From Glycera tridactyla (Eukaryota): a stretch of 64,000 nucleotides of DNA. Numbering within the stretch: the first letter of the stretch is position 1; every line of letters begins with the position of its first letter. The translations under genes were made by a program, and so were the position numbers. Positions 1 through 11,900 of the stretch are shown one piece after another. The stretch is from contig OZ286463.1 in NCBI GenBank assembly GCA_965644265.1, positions 17,112,001 through 17,176,000 on the forward strand, read 5' to 3'. The notes beneath the pieces were generated by a model, which was given only the letters and a program-made list of their open reading frames with translations, was not told the DNA's origin and made no database searches.

Positions 1-513
1 GGGCATTTCACACACTTTGTCCAGTGTTGGCCCCTGTTCAAGGGAATTAGGGCCACAATGCCCCCTAAATCAGCAAGAGGGTTGCACTTATTCCTTGTTG
101 AGTGCACCCATTTTGAGATATCTCTTGGGGAAATGCCCCTTTTTCTCAATTTTATGGGGGCAAATACCCCCAATTCAGGAAATCTTGGATGCAACCTTGT
201 TCATGTCAGAGTATATTTCATCCTGTCATTCTGAAGAAAGTTGCAAATCTGTAAAGGGCGAGGTATATCTGGTCGAGTGTGCTAATGAACGAGACAGTTT
301 CCGAGTTACGTCAGGTCGATTTATTGTGCCATCAGTTTGAGGGTGTCATAGTGTGGGAAGGAAACACCTGCACGTGTCCACCGAGAGTGCTTCTTACATG
401 AAGCCGTTGTAATGACCTTTAAATATTGTATGCATTAGTTTATTTGCTTTTCATCTTAAGGCCGCGATAAGAATCGGATGGCTTGGTGTCTCCCACATGG
501 AATATAGTGAAGC

Positions 514-920
514 TAAAGTGACTCATTCAGAGAGATGATAACAGAACACATTTCAGAATTTGGCCTATTTGGTTTTCTTCGGCTAGCAATGTGGTTAGCC
601 AAAATTTTTCTCAAAAGTGACTCATTTGGAGAGATGATAACAGAACACATGTGACATTACAGAATTTGGCCTATTTGGTTTTCTTCGGCTAGCAATGTGG
701 TTAGCCAAAATTTTACTAAAAAGTGACTCATTTAGAGAGATGATAACAGAACACATTTCAGAATTTGGCCGATTTGGTTTTCTTCGGCTAGCAATGTGGT
801 TAGCCAAATTTTACTCAAAAGTGACTCATTTGGAGAGATGATAACAGAACACATGTGTCATTACAGAATTTGGCCTATTTGGTTTTCTTCGGCTAGCAAT
901 GTGGTTAGCGAAAATTTTAC
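514..920. repeat. Tandem array, 4 units of about 98-107 bp alternating short and long
   Basis: Unit aaagtgactcatt.gagagatgataacagaacacat[ttcag or gtg.cattacag]aatttggcc.atttggttttcttcggctagcaatgtggttagc. Confidence 0.95.
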
Positions 921-1479
921 TTGCCCGAGAAAATGTTGGCTTGGGGCGCAGTATAGAAAAACATTTTTCCATTCTAAGGCGACCCTCTCTCCTCAAGTCC
1001 TATATTGATAAAAAAAAAAGTAATTTGACCTTTAGGGACACGCTTCTATGATGAACTTTGAGATACTCAGGGATGTTTATCCTGGAAGTTGAATCCAACT
1101 TTGCCCAGGGCTGGTGGATTTTTAAGGTGTTTGGGCGGTGACAGATCCAGAAATATAGGAAAGCAGTTGGGGGTACCAAACATGGCTAGCGGAAGGGAGG
1201 GGGTTGATAGAAAAATTCTCAAAAGACTATGGTCAGGCTTAAAATGGAGAGGGCACGGACCCAATATGCCACGCTCTGGATCCATCCCTGGTGGGTAGAT
1301 TTTAATTTTAAAGTCCTGATTGACAGGTGGAAAATGATGATGATTGCAATGATCTTATCACTGGGGCTGGCCAGACTTTGAAGGGGGCAGATGGGGTTTA
1401 AAATCCACCTGCCCACTGGACTAGTAGATTAAAGTCTGTCTCCTTGAGATGTGAGGTTGAGTCACACTAGGAGTATACG

Positions 1480-2720
1480 ATGCATCCACATATATCTTAT
1501 TCAGTTCGGAGGTTAGTCAAATTTAGGTAGGGTCACATCATGACGGCCTTGTTTGTCTTGGCAACATGAGTGGGCTGTTGGGTAAAAGAAAGGCAGGTAG
1601 TTTATTCATGGTCTAATAACTGGTTTCAATACAGGTGACCCAGTAACATTTGGAGAGACAGCAGTTATAGCAAGATGTGTGATGCACCCTATGTACATGT
1701 GTATTGTAGGATTTAAGTTTGTAAGAGGAAGCTCTGTGCTCTATATTGCCTTACTGAGGCAGATGGGAGACATACATCGAGTGGTGAGTTAGGTGCAGAC
1801 ACATTGCTATCAGGCTTGAGTGTTAGCTTCAAGCCAGTTACATAGTCAGATATGCCATCATTAGATTCAGTTTGTTCATGTTGAGTAGGTAAGGGTGTGT
1901 CTGAACTGTCAGCTACTTCCACTTTCAGGTTCCCCAACATCTTGTGTTCAGGGTTTGGGAGAGAGATGTCTGCAGGGGAGGTTTCATTACCCAGGAACAC
2001 ACAGCATACATAACCTTAGGGTTGATACATGCCTTTAAACATCAAACAAACAAACTTAGGTGCAGACTCTCTGGTTCTCGAGTGAATAGTATTGTTCACA
2101 AAAGTGAGCAGGGCTCCACTTTCGATGGATGACCAAATGGACAGGGTTTACCCTTTGATAGAACACCTACACCATTACCTGAATCTATATGATCTGTGCT
2201 TCATATAGGAGGCACATTTGTGTAGAGGTAGCTGAGGGAAACCTCTGAACTTCACCAGTCGAACCGGTACTGTAGTTGGATTTATCCATCCCTGGATGAT
2301 ATATTATTCTGAAACATTGCTGAATCATCTCGCATTTGGCTGAATAGAAATACATCACTCAAGCTAAATTGGCCAGAGAATGAGAACTTGATGGCAGCTC
2401 AGAATGGCAGTGTCAAGAGAAAATTGACGGTTCCAGTTACGAGTGAGACAAAGTCTCTCCTCCAGTCCTTGCATTGATGGAAGAGAGTCCAGGGGCCGCA
2501 GCGAAGTAGCTCTGTTACTGTGACGTCTACGAGTTCAATGAATCACCTCATGCAACTGTCATCTGTGGGCTGGATGATAAAGAAGATTCTCATGACATGC
2601 GCCATTTATGATTCCCCTTACCCGTATTTCCACTCAACTGCAGCACATCACTACAGTCTATTCAGTGAGTCAAGACCTCAAGATGCCAGCCTTTATGGAC
2701 AACTTTAACAAATGCTACTT
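1480..2720 (-). pseudogene. Decayed tyrosine-recombinase relic (Ngaro/DIRS-like), interrupted by the SINE
   Basis: Stop-ridden translation gives SMQGLEERLCLTRNWNRQFSLDTAIL, NNTIHSRTRESAPNSPL and TCT*GASH, in the order of YR motifs. Judged by eye only. Confidence 0.33.
1801..2055 (+). mobile_element. SINE-like retroposon with a (CAAA)n tail and 12-bp target-site duplication
   Basis: TTAGGTGCAGAC at 1789-1800 and 2056-2067 flanks a body ending in a hairpin-like stretch, then ttaaac and (caaa)n. The body recurs elsewhere in the window. Confidence 0.8.
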
Positions 2721-3056
2721 CTTTGGGTGATCAGCCAAATATGTTGATATCACCCTGCGTTTGCGGCAAGTGCGTCAGCCGTATCCCCACTATTTCACAT
2801 ACAAATATTTGCTGATAATGCCGGCATATTCGTTGCTGATAATGCCGGCATATTCGCAATTTTTTTCTGATCAAATGATGGTGTAATCCTCTTCAAAAGC
2901 TGAAAAAGCCAGGTTCGATAAATGCCGGAAGACCTATACAATACATTCATGCCAAAAAAGCTCAGATCAGATGAAAAATGGCGAATTTATCGTGTGAAAT
3001 GTACCTGCCACATTTGGATTTGACAGAGTGTAGTGTAGAGATTTCACTGATCAAAG

Positions 3057-3238
3057 TACAGTAAAACCTGTCTTGGGAGACCGCCCCAAATGCCAACAAA
3101 AAGTGGTCTCTCAAGACAGGTGGTCTCTCATTGGAGGTATATTTGACTATGTCAAATAGAGAAGAGCCGATAAAGAGTGGTCTCCCATTAGAGGGTGGTC
3201 TCCCAAAAGAGGGGTCTCCCAAGACAGGTTTCACTGTA
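3057..3238. mobile_element. MITE, Tc1/mariner-pogo type (TA target)
   Basis: TIRs TA-CAGTAAAACCTGTCTTGGGAGACC / GGTCTCCCAAGACAGGTTTCACTG-TA with internal GGTGGTCTC repeats. Confidence 0.85.
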
Positions 3239-4217
3239 TTTTTCCCTTAATTTAGAGTGAGAATTGAGACATTTTCATGATGATTTGACCACTCTTCTAC
3301 TGGCCTTGGTCAGGTGATGGATATTGCCGAGGAGATATCATCTCAATTTTAGTTCCAAAGTAAGGGAAAAATACTTCGATCATGGATCATCTTGGAACCA
3401 GGAACAACATTTCTCTGTAGGAGGGATCGGCAGGATTGGAATTTTGATATGATGATAACCAGAGAGATATGTCAAAAGGATATTCCAAGCTCATATATGT
3501 CAACCATTGAGATCTTGGAATAATGACTTTACTCATTAGATTTTTCTTACCATTCTCTTGCAAATACAGACCTTGCTACTAATTGAATCTAGTGCCATTA
3601 CAGTGGAACCCGATTGAGAGACCCCATCCTATGGGACACCTCTTTCTTGGTCCAGACTTTGTGTCTGACATACTGTATAATGCCAAATATACGCACAGTG
3701 CACAAAGGCATTGTAAAGTCCCGTGTGCGTCTATTTGGAACCGAATTCGACCAGGTGAAGACTGACAGACCTTTTGTATTTATCACGAAATATATAATTA
3801 TTCGGGGTTGACATGAGTTCCACTGGTCATCGCAGGTGCTGTGGACGACTTAGAATTACCGGGTGTGCGTTCAAATGGGCATGGGCATGCATACGGCAAT
3901 ATACGGTAGTCAAATATACCTCTGACAAGAGGCCACCTCTTTTGAGAGACAACATTTTGATGTCATTTATTCTCTAGTCACAAGTTTAATTGTACTATTT
4001 TTGTTCATCAGAGGATGACATCTATGCGTCTCACATTATTCCATTAGATTCTTTGCCCTTCCTACCATCTATATATATAATGGGTTATATGGCCGAAGTA
4101 ATATAGCACAAAATATTTGATGGGCTGACCTTGGTCAAGGTAATAACATTGTCCAGACCTGATGGCTGCGGGATAAAACTGCCAGCTCCTGATGCTGGGT
4201 ATATATACACACATATA

Positions 4218-4220
<3 letters not shown>

Positions 4221-4261
<41 letters not shown>
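4221..4261. repeat. (TA)n microsatellite
   Basis: About 20 TA units. Confidence 0.95.
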
Positions 4262-4265
<4 letters not shown>

Positions 4266-5009
4266 TGGAAGCCCTATGTACACTCAGCGCAATATATATG
4301 AGCTGCGGCGGTTTGACGTCACTCATTTTGATGGATGCCATTCAGCTTTCCGTGTAGGCTGCAAATTACTGAGTCTGGTTAGCAAAAAAATGACAGTCAT
4401 TGCTGATATTTGAACAGACATACTTGCTAATTGTAGAGATGAAAATTGCGAAAATTATCCATACTTCATCTGAGGTACATATGTGAAAAAATGATAGTGG
4501 CTATACAATTTTATTTTTCAAAAGATGCTTGTCTTTTGTCAGGTATACTATTTAATCATGAAATCCTGATCTAATTTTCGATAAAAGATTTCAGGCCTGG
4601 AAAATTCCAGGGCTAGCCATCTCAATCTTGTTATACATACTCTTCTAGGCTAAGGCAAGATACCTTTATTCTTGAATTTCAAAGTCACTGAGTGCAAAAA
4701 ATTCAAAACTGTTTCCCGGCAATAACTTAAAAAGTTTCAGGACTAGCCTTTTCAAACTTGGTTTTCAGACTCTCCTAGGCTTTCAAGGTCATTGAGTGTG
4801 AAAGAGTAATTGGTATTAAACATGCACTCAGTGGGGCATTTGCACTCACTGACTGCATCAGGTTTTTGTCAAGAGAATTTCTCTTTTTTTTAGCTTCTAC
4901 ATTTTCTTGATTATCAACACTGATGCTATTTTGACTGGGTCTCACAAAATCTCATGTTGTTTCTTGTGGTTTCTGCTTTCAGGTAGGGAGTGAGTGAGGC
5001 GGGTTCGCC

Positions 5010-5223
5010 ATGCCGGTACTCAGCATGGATACCTTGCTGCGGCTACGGCGAGCGGCGGCGGACGATGAGTCGGCCACGGAGGCTGGACCCGTGGAATCCG
5101 ACGTCACAGTGGGAGGAGAAGCAGAAGCAGGAGCAGCGTTGGGAACGAGTGAAACCCCTGAGGGAGAAAGCACGATGAACAAGGTTGGCGATGCCATCAT
5201 GCACGAACTTGAGAAGTTGCCGA
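5010..5223 (+). CDS. Syt1: Syt1 first coding exon (luminal domain, MPVLSMDTLLRLRRAAA...HELEKLP)
   Basis: Acceptor ttctgctttcag ends at 4982, so a non-coding exon lies further upstream (not located). ATG at 5010. Phase-1 donor A|GTAAGT at 5223/5224 is in frame with both TM exons. Confidence 0.88.
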
Positions 5224-6627
5224 GTAAGTACACGTTTTGAGTTCACGAAATTACCTCGATTTCAAAGAATTCAGTTCACAAATCCTGCAGGAGTTGGTGA
5301 TATCTAGGCAAAACATTAAACAAGAAAGCAGCCAGTTGCAAGAAAAATTGTGGATATACACATGCTGACAGAGTAGATCAGGGAGACTAAGCTGATTATG
5401 GTGAGCCTATATCATTTCAGCATTTAAATCCTTTTCGAGGGAATACATCGAACCCTTTTCATGTTGAGATGAACATGGTAATGGGCTCTGTGAGAAGTGG
5501 GAAGACTAGACAGTAGCAGATGCACTATTCCCCCTCACTTTCAAATTGACACAAACCTTATTGATTTCCTTGCCTCTGATTTGAAGTAGCCCCCTGCTTT
5601 GAAATTGACACAAACCTTGTTGATTTCTCCAACTTGAGGCGCTGCCTTGGGCAGCCACTCAACCAGAACCTCTTCAGAAGGTCCTTCTCTGTACATTTCA
5701 TGAAAGTCAATCACTGACCACTTTGCTTCCCTCTAAACATCTGCCAATTCAACTCTGACTATGTAAACCACATGCTGGATATAGTTCAAAACAACAACTG
5801 CTATCTTCCAGAAGGCTCAAATATGGAAGAATGTTGGCAAATGGCGTTTTGTCTGAGCTACCTTATTGGTGACTATGTTGTCATTTTCACTCGACTCCTG
5901 TCGGGTAGGTTGAATCCAAGATGGCAGCCTTTTTGAAATTGGCAATTTATTATTCTTGATTACAGACACTCATCACTTACTAGCAACAGTGATCACGAAA
6001 TCATGATTTGCTCATATAATGCCCACCTGAGCGGTGTTCATAGGGCTCAACACTAAGATTTTTGGTGCACTTGCCTGAACACAAATTTTACTTGCCCGGG
6101 TAATAGGGCAACCCTTGATATCAAGCTCTGATTCATGTAGATTTTCAAGAATGTGATTAGATGGCTTCTTGCAATGACATTCAGATGACCCTGAGGAAGC
6201 CTATTGTGATGATGTATCATTTCGAGGCATTGATCAAATTCTGGATGTAAAACCGAAGCACTGGTTTGAAAACAAATGGCCAGCATTCATGAGCTATGAC
6301 TGAGCATGGAACAGGTCATTATAATTCAAATTCAGAAGGCTTTATATTCGCCGTATCACTAGTTTTAATATAGGCACTATACAGAAAATAAAGCATCTAT
6401 TCATATACAGTGCATTTAGACGTATTTCCTTCAATGTCTCTGGCCCTAACACAATTTAACCACAGTGAAAACATGGCTCATGGACGACTTTTCGTCACAG
6501 TGGTCAGATCATTTTCACAACATAAACTATAAATTCAGCAATGTGATAAACAACTGCTTGATTCTTTCACTAGAGGATGAAATTCCTACCTCTTCACACT
6601 CCTATGATTCATGCTTCACATCGAAAC

Positions 6628-6736
6628 AGTATTCAGAAGTGAATAGGTTCGAAATTGTAGGTTTTGGAAGAGTATTCAGAAGTGAATAGGCTCGAAATTG
6701 TAGGTTTTGGAAGAGTATTCAGAAGGGAATAGACTC
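6628..6736. repeat. 43-bp tandem repeat, about 2.5 copies
   Basis: agtattcagaagtgaatagg.tcgaaattgtaggttttggaag. Confidence 0.9.
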
Positions 6737-6847
6737 ATAGTTGGACTTCCTTCAAGTGAACACAATTGTTGGCTGGTGACGGTTTTCATCATTGATGTGT
6801 TTTGATAATCATCGTTGTGTGCTTGTTGTGTTACCTTCCATTTCTAG

Positions 6848-7008
6848 TACCACTCTGGGGAATCATCGCCATTGGAGTGGTCATTCTGCTCTTGTTCCTC
6901 ATCTGCTGCATTTGCATCTGCAAGAAATGCTGCAAAAAGAAGAAGTGGAAAGAAAAAGTCAAGAAGGGAGTTGACGTCAAAGGTCTCAAGTTAGGGGACA
7001 AGGGCGGG
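6848..7008 (+). CDS. Syt1: Syt1 transmembrane exon A (alternative): IPLWGIIAIGVVILLLFLICCICICKKCCKKKKWKEKVKKGVDVKGLKLGDKGG
   Basis: Acceptor ccttccatttctag, open frame, hydrophobic helix plus Cys cluster plus polybasic stretch. Phase-0 donor GG|GTAGGT. 161 nt; clearly paralogous to exon B. Confidence 0.8.
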
Positions 7009-7106
7009 GTAGGTTCGAACCAGTGAGGTGTTACACGTCTTTTCTACTCTCCGTTTTAAACTTTGCCATTTTTATCTTGGCTATTTTTATTTTCCTTTAT
7101 CTTTAG

Positions 7107-7279
7107 TACCGATGTGGGCAATTGTCATGATAGCCATTGTGGCCATCCTGCTCGTACTCTGCTGTTGCTTTTGCATCTGCAAGAAACTGTGCAAAAAGAA
7201 GAAATGGAAGGACAAGGTCAAGAAGGGCGCTGTTGACCTTAAGAGCGTCAAGTTGGGAGGCCAGGCTTTCAAGGAAAAG
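7107..7279 (+). CDS. Syt1: Syt1 transmembrane exon B (alternative): IPMWAIVMIAIVAILLVLCCCFCICKKLCKKKKWKDKVKKGAVDLKSVKLGGQAFKEK
   Basis: Acceptor ttcctttatctttag, donor AAG|GTAGGA, 173 nt. Ends in the canonical invertebrate Syt1 GAVDLKSV..G..FKEK motif that precedes VQP. Confidence 0.93.
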
Positions 7280-7649
7280 GTAGGAGGATCCTAGGTGTGC
7301 TTTGTCGCCCTTATCCAGTCAACCAGAAATCACCTCAAATCAGCCATGATCGAGATAAAAATGAAACAGAAAACCATTGAGAAAGAACACAAAATGATTA
7401 TAAAGATAAGATACGTTGTTTTTTTACTTTCATAGAACCATTGTGCAGAATTTGAGAATCCTGCTGTTATCGGAGCAAAATATCACTTTTACAATCTCAA
7501 TAAGATATTTACCAAGAGGTATCGCATTTTATTCAAACCAGGTGGTGTATTCAATCATCAAAATGCAGACTTAATCATATAACTGACAAATAGTGTGTTC
7601 AAGGTTCATTAAGTGATCCAACAAGAATTGACCATCTTACACTATCTTG

Positions 7650-8680
7650 ATCATTGTCAACTGTCAACTTACTCGTCTAATTGACTATTAACAAACTTTC
7701 CTGAGCATCATTCGCTCATGAGTACAATGAGCATATCTCTACTGACAACTTTCTTGTCGAATTTCTGCCATCTCACCGTAAATTCTGGTTAAAACAGCAC
7801 AAATCATATGCTGTTATGTTAACAACAAACTCCTTTACACCTTTGTGAAGATGGCATGTTACTGAGAAACTTGGCTGAAAACTTCAAACACAGAAATGCC
7901 ATCCACTATGATTCTGGAGTAGCACCTACTCTTTCAGGCCAAAATTCTTGCATTTTACAGGTAATGTCTCTCTTGAAAATGAAGATTTTTCTATTCCATT
8001 GCAAATAATGGCTATGTTACTGCTTGAAATGGGCACTGCTACTATTTTCATCCTTCAGAGGTTGTCATCTATCCGAACAGCAGATCTGTCATGATACCAG
8101 GCTTTAATTTCAATAAATCTGACTAAAAACAGCACTGATGATTATCATTCACTTATGACATGAACTCTGACAATGGCTGAATTTGGACTGATTCATGGAT
8201 GGCTTGTGAGCCTTTGCTCACAGACCTCTGTATGCTTGCCAGAGTGTGAAGAAGCATGAGTGTGAGAGTAAGCCTATTTGCTGTTAGCCAAGTCATTTTG
8301 AAATCATGCTCGCCGGACCACCATGATATTGTTGCTCTCTGTGTAGTTCATCTGAGATATCCTGATTTTATTTCTTGTGCTCAGTCATGTCCGTGTTCCA
8401 GTGTCGTGCCTACACCAAGTGTTTATTCATGGCATCCTGCATCTGTTTGTGATTGCACAGTTGTTTTCCAAGTGCATTTGTACAACACTGCATCTCCTGT
8501 TATCACTTATGTCAGTTTCAAAGAGGGAACGGGCCGAGAAATCGGTTCAAAGTTTCACTTCTTCAGCAGACCTTTTCGTTGGAACTCTGATCAGTCTTTT
8601 CAGCTCAACCACTGTTGGTACGTCAACCTTTGGCCAATTTGATGGCATCTGTTAGGTTTCCTTTGCAGCACTTCACCATT
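7650..8680 (-). pseudogene. Decayed LINE RT relic (L2/CR1-like)
   Basis: NFEPISRPVPSLKL (like NYRPISLLP), QMHLENN and RHDTGT (like RHSTET), with frameshifts. Confidence 0.33.
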
Positions 8681-9399
8681 TAGCATTTGACATTTCCCTG
8701 TATATAAGGAGGAAGAAAGATGGCTAAATGATATTGTATCCTCTCTTAAAGATGTCAAGGTTCACACTGTCTGCTATTAGGAGTTGTTGCTATCGGAATC
8801 TAGTCGCACCATGATTTGGGGGTGTTTTCACTTGTCCTCGATGTGCAAGTAGTATGTGTGTATGTGCACATGAAGTCAGTTGCGGCACCTTGTTCGTCTT
8901 TTACTGCTTCTTTCTTATATGGCTTACTAACATAACACTGCCTCTTGTGACTTGTGTCTTATGTTTCTATATTGGGCATTTTCCCCTCATTGACATAGGT
9001 TGGTCATCCCACTTTTGTCACTGTTTACATCATTGGGTTTAGAATGTAGTTATTTCTTCAAGATTGTATGAAAGTTGTCCTTTGCTCCATATGAAGAAAT
9101 TTATGTCTCGAGTACATGAGATCATATCAGAAGATGGAACACACATTTGTAGCTTGTAGGCTTAGTCTCAGAGAACTTACTTGTCAAACCGAATATAATA
9201 AAAGAAAACGTCTGTTTGATCATTTTCATGAAGAGTGTATGCTGTTCATTTGAGCTTGCGAAAACATGTGGACATAATTTGTATGTTTAGGAAAAAGGTC
9301 ATGGGTAAGAAATATGTCTATTCTACATGATCTGAATATTGATAGTGGAAGATGTGCAATCATGTGTAGCTCGAATTCGTTCAAGTACAGTCAAGCTTC

Positions 9400-10250
9400 T
9401 TGACAACAATCATGAGTTTCTCTTAAACTGCTGGAGACTTTACCCAAAGCCCACAGTTAACAACATTCATGAGCTTCTGCTAGACTTTTGGGAAGTTTAA
9501 AACCACAAACAGAGTTAAACAGCATTCATGAGATTCTATTAAGCTTCTGGGAAGTTTGAAAGTAAAAGCACTGGGTTGACAGCATTCATGATCTTCTTTC
9601 AATCTTTGGGAACTTTGGAACCCAAAACAGAGATAAATAGCATTCATGAGCTTCTCTCAAACTTCTGGTAAGTTTATAAATCAAAACGCAGAATTTTTAA
9701 GACCACCATCTCACAAGATACAAACTTAAGAACATTCATGGGCTCCTTCTAAGCTCTTTGAAAGTTAAAAACCCAAAACAGAAAATTAAATAGCTTTCAT
9801 GAGCTTCTGCTAAGTTTCTGGAAAAGTTAAAACTCAAAGCATGGAGTTAACAACATTTGTTAGCTGCTCTAAAGCTTTGGGAAGTTTGGAACTCAAGCAC
9901 AGTGTTAACAAAAATTGTGTGTTCTCTCAATCCTCTGGGAAGTCTATCACCGAAAGCACAAAGTTAACAACATCCAAGAGCTCCTCCTTACTTTTTTGGA
10001 AGTTTAAAACCCCAAACAGAGCATTGAACAGCATTCATGAGCTTCTGTTTAGCTTCTGAAGAGTTTGAAACCCAAAACAGAGAGTTAAACAGCATTGTTG
10101 AGTTTCTCTCAATCTTCTGGGAAGCTTAAAACCCAACAGCATACATAAGCTTCTCTTACGCTTGTGGAAGATAAGAAAGCAAAGCATGGAGTTAGCTGCA
10201 TTCGTGAAATTTTCTTGACCTTTTGGGAAATTTACAGCTCAAAGCACAGG
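9400..10250. repeat. Degenerate minisatellite of about 60-65 bp, roughly a dozen units
   Basis: Recurrent agttaaacagcattcatgagcttct...ttctgggaagtttgaaacccaaaac. Confidence 0.85.
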
Positions 10251-10299
10251 ATTGGTGTAACAGCTCAAGAGGTGAAATGAAGGCCCTGATTCTAACTTT

Positions 10300-11900
10300 A
10301 TTGATTCTTAGAATGTCATCTGACTTGGATTTTGTCACAGTGCTTGAGGTTAGGGAGCAAAGAGTACCTTCATTCGTGGTATCGGGGATCAACTGCTATT
10401 ATTGAAGAATCTTTTTCTCTTCAGTTATTGGTCCTATCTCAGGAATTGGTTCCCTTGTGATGATATCAATGGCACGAGTACCTCGTTTTCTATCATTATC
10501 TGAGATCATTTCCATGTCAGTCATTATTTGAAATGCAAACTACAAACATGAATCCCCTCTTGGCCAAGGTCATCCAAGGTTGAGGTAAATTGTCCATGGT
10601 GCATTATCTCAAACAGGTTGCAAATTTCCTCATTCCACTTGTTCGTCTCTTCATCCATCATGACCCAGTGTCCTCAATTTTGGTCCCAGCTCTGTCTCTC
10701 ATTGGTTCCCATAGGTCAGCTCCTTTTTCTAGTTAATGTTTTCAATTGATTCAGGCGACAACTTCAGTTGCAGCAAGTTTTCGCCGGTAAGATTGGCTCT
10801 GAAAGCCATCATCCTACACTGTGAGTAACATTAGCTCAAATTATTCAAAGGTAACTACATATTTCATCCATTCCAAGACTTTTGCTCACCTTTCTTTCTT
10901 CAATCATTTTGAATTTCTCAAAGAAAAGTTACCAAAAACTCTTGATGCCTAGCTGTGCAAGAAAACAAGGTACTTCTTGAAATTCCTCTGCATGACTTTT
11001 TATACTGCTTTTAGGTTTCCCTTTTGCAAGTTTTGTCTCCACTCACTCATAAACAAAATGAAGCACCTAAAAGTCTATCTGTCATTGATGTATGATTATA
11101 TGATCCCTGCGATTCCATTCAGGTTTCAATGAAAATGCACAAGAAATAATAGGTCGAACTGAGAAATTGTTTGATTGCACCATTGCAGTGCAACTTTGAC
11201 AGACGCTTTTTTAGTGTGTTCATCTTCTTTGGTTCTCTTTGTTCTTTGTCTGTGTTGTTTTATTCGTGACAATTTTTGGGCTATTTTTGTGAGTCTGGAT
11301 GTATTCTGCATGGTGGTCTGGAGAGGCAGCAATGGTGAAGGAGAACACTGACTTGCATGTGGTTTGTGGGGAAAAAATGGGAACGGATATTTTTGGTGTG
11401 TGGTGAACTTTTGTAACTTGTCTCTTTGAACCTAAGATCAGTGAGGTCGAACTTAGGGAACATTTCATAATCTTGTTTTTATAGGGACAGAGTAAGTGAA
11501 AACAGTACTCTGACTTTTCAATTGTCATGTGCAAAACTGCTTCATTGACTAGACATTGGCAAGAAAATATATGAAAGCTACATTTCTTCTTGATTCTATT
11601 TCTCTTGATTTTTGAAATGCTTTTGATGAAACATGAACTTGCGAGGTTTGCCAGGAATCTAGGATACAAATAATGTTGCAGTGCATGACATTTCTTCTCA
11701 CAAAATAAGAATATTACATTGCCATGATACACATTCACTGAAACAAACTTGGATTTTGCCTCAATGGACAATTTTTTCCTGAAAATATTTTTGAATCAAA
11801 TTTGGCAACTCGTCGAACTGCAAAACACTCCCAACTTGGATGTGTGGAGATGATAAATTATTACTATTTTGTAAACCCTCAGTCGGAGTAAAATCTTGAT
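10300..11900 (-). pseudogene. Possible decayed RTE-type LINE
   Basis: Fragments resembling endonuclease (SPDHH) and C-terminal (KLRTLGH) motifs. Weak. Confidence 0.22.

Noticed and set aside
514-920. Possible CRISPR array (also considered for 35445-35868 and 36805-38030)
   Set aside because: Units are contiguous near-identical repeats with no unique spacers, there are no cas genes, and the context is spliceosomal and eukaryotic.
8256-8655. ORFs resembling a GPCR fragment (KRERAEKSV)
   Set aside because: No TM pattern or splice support. The opposite strand better fits a decayed LINE RT.
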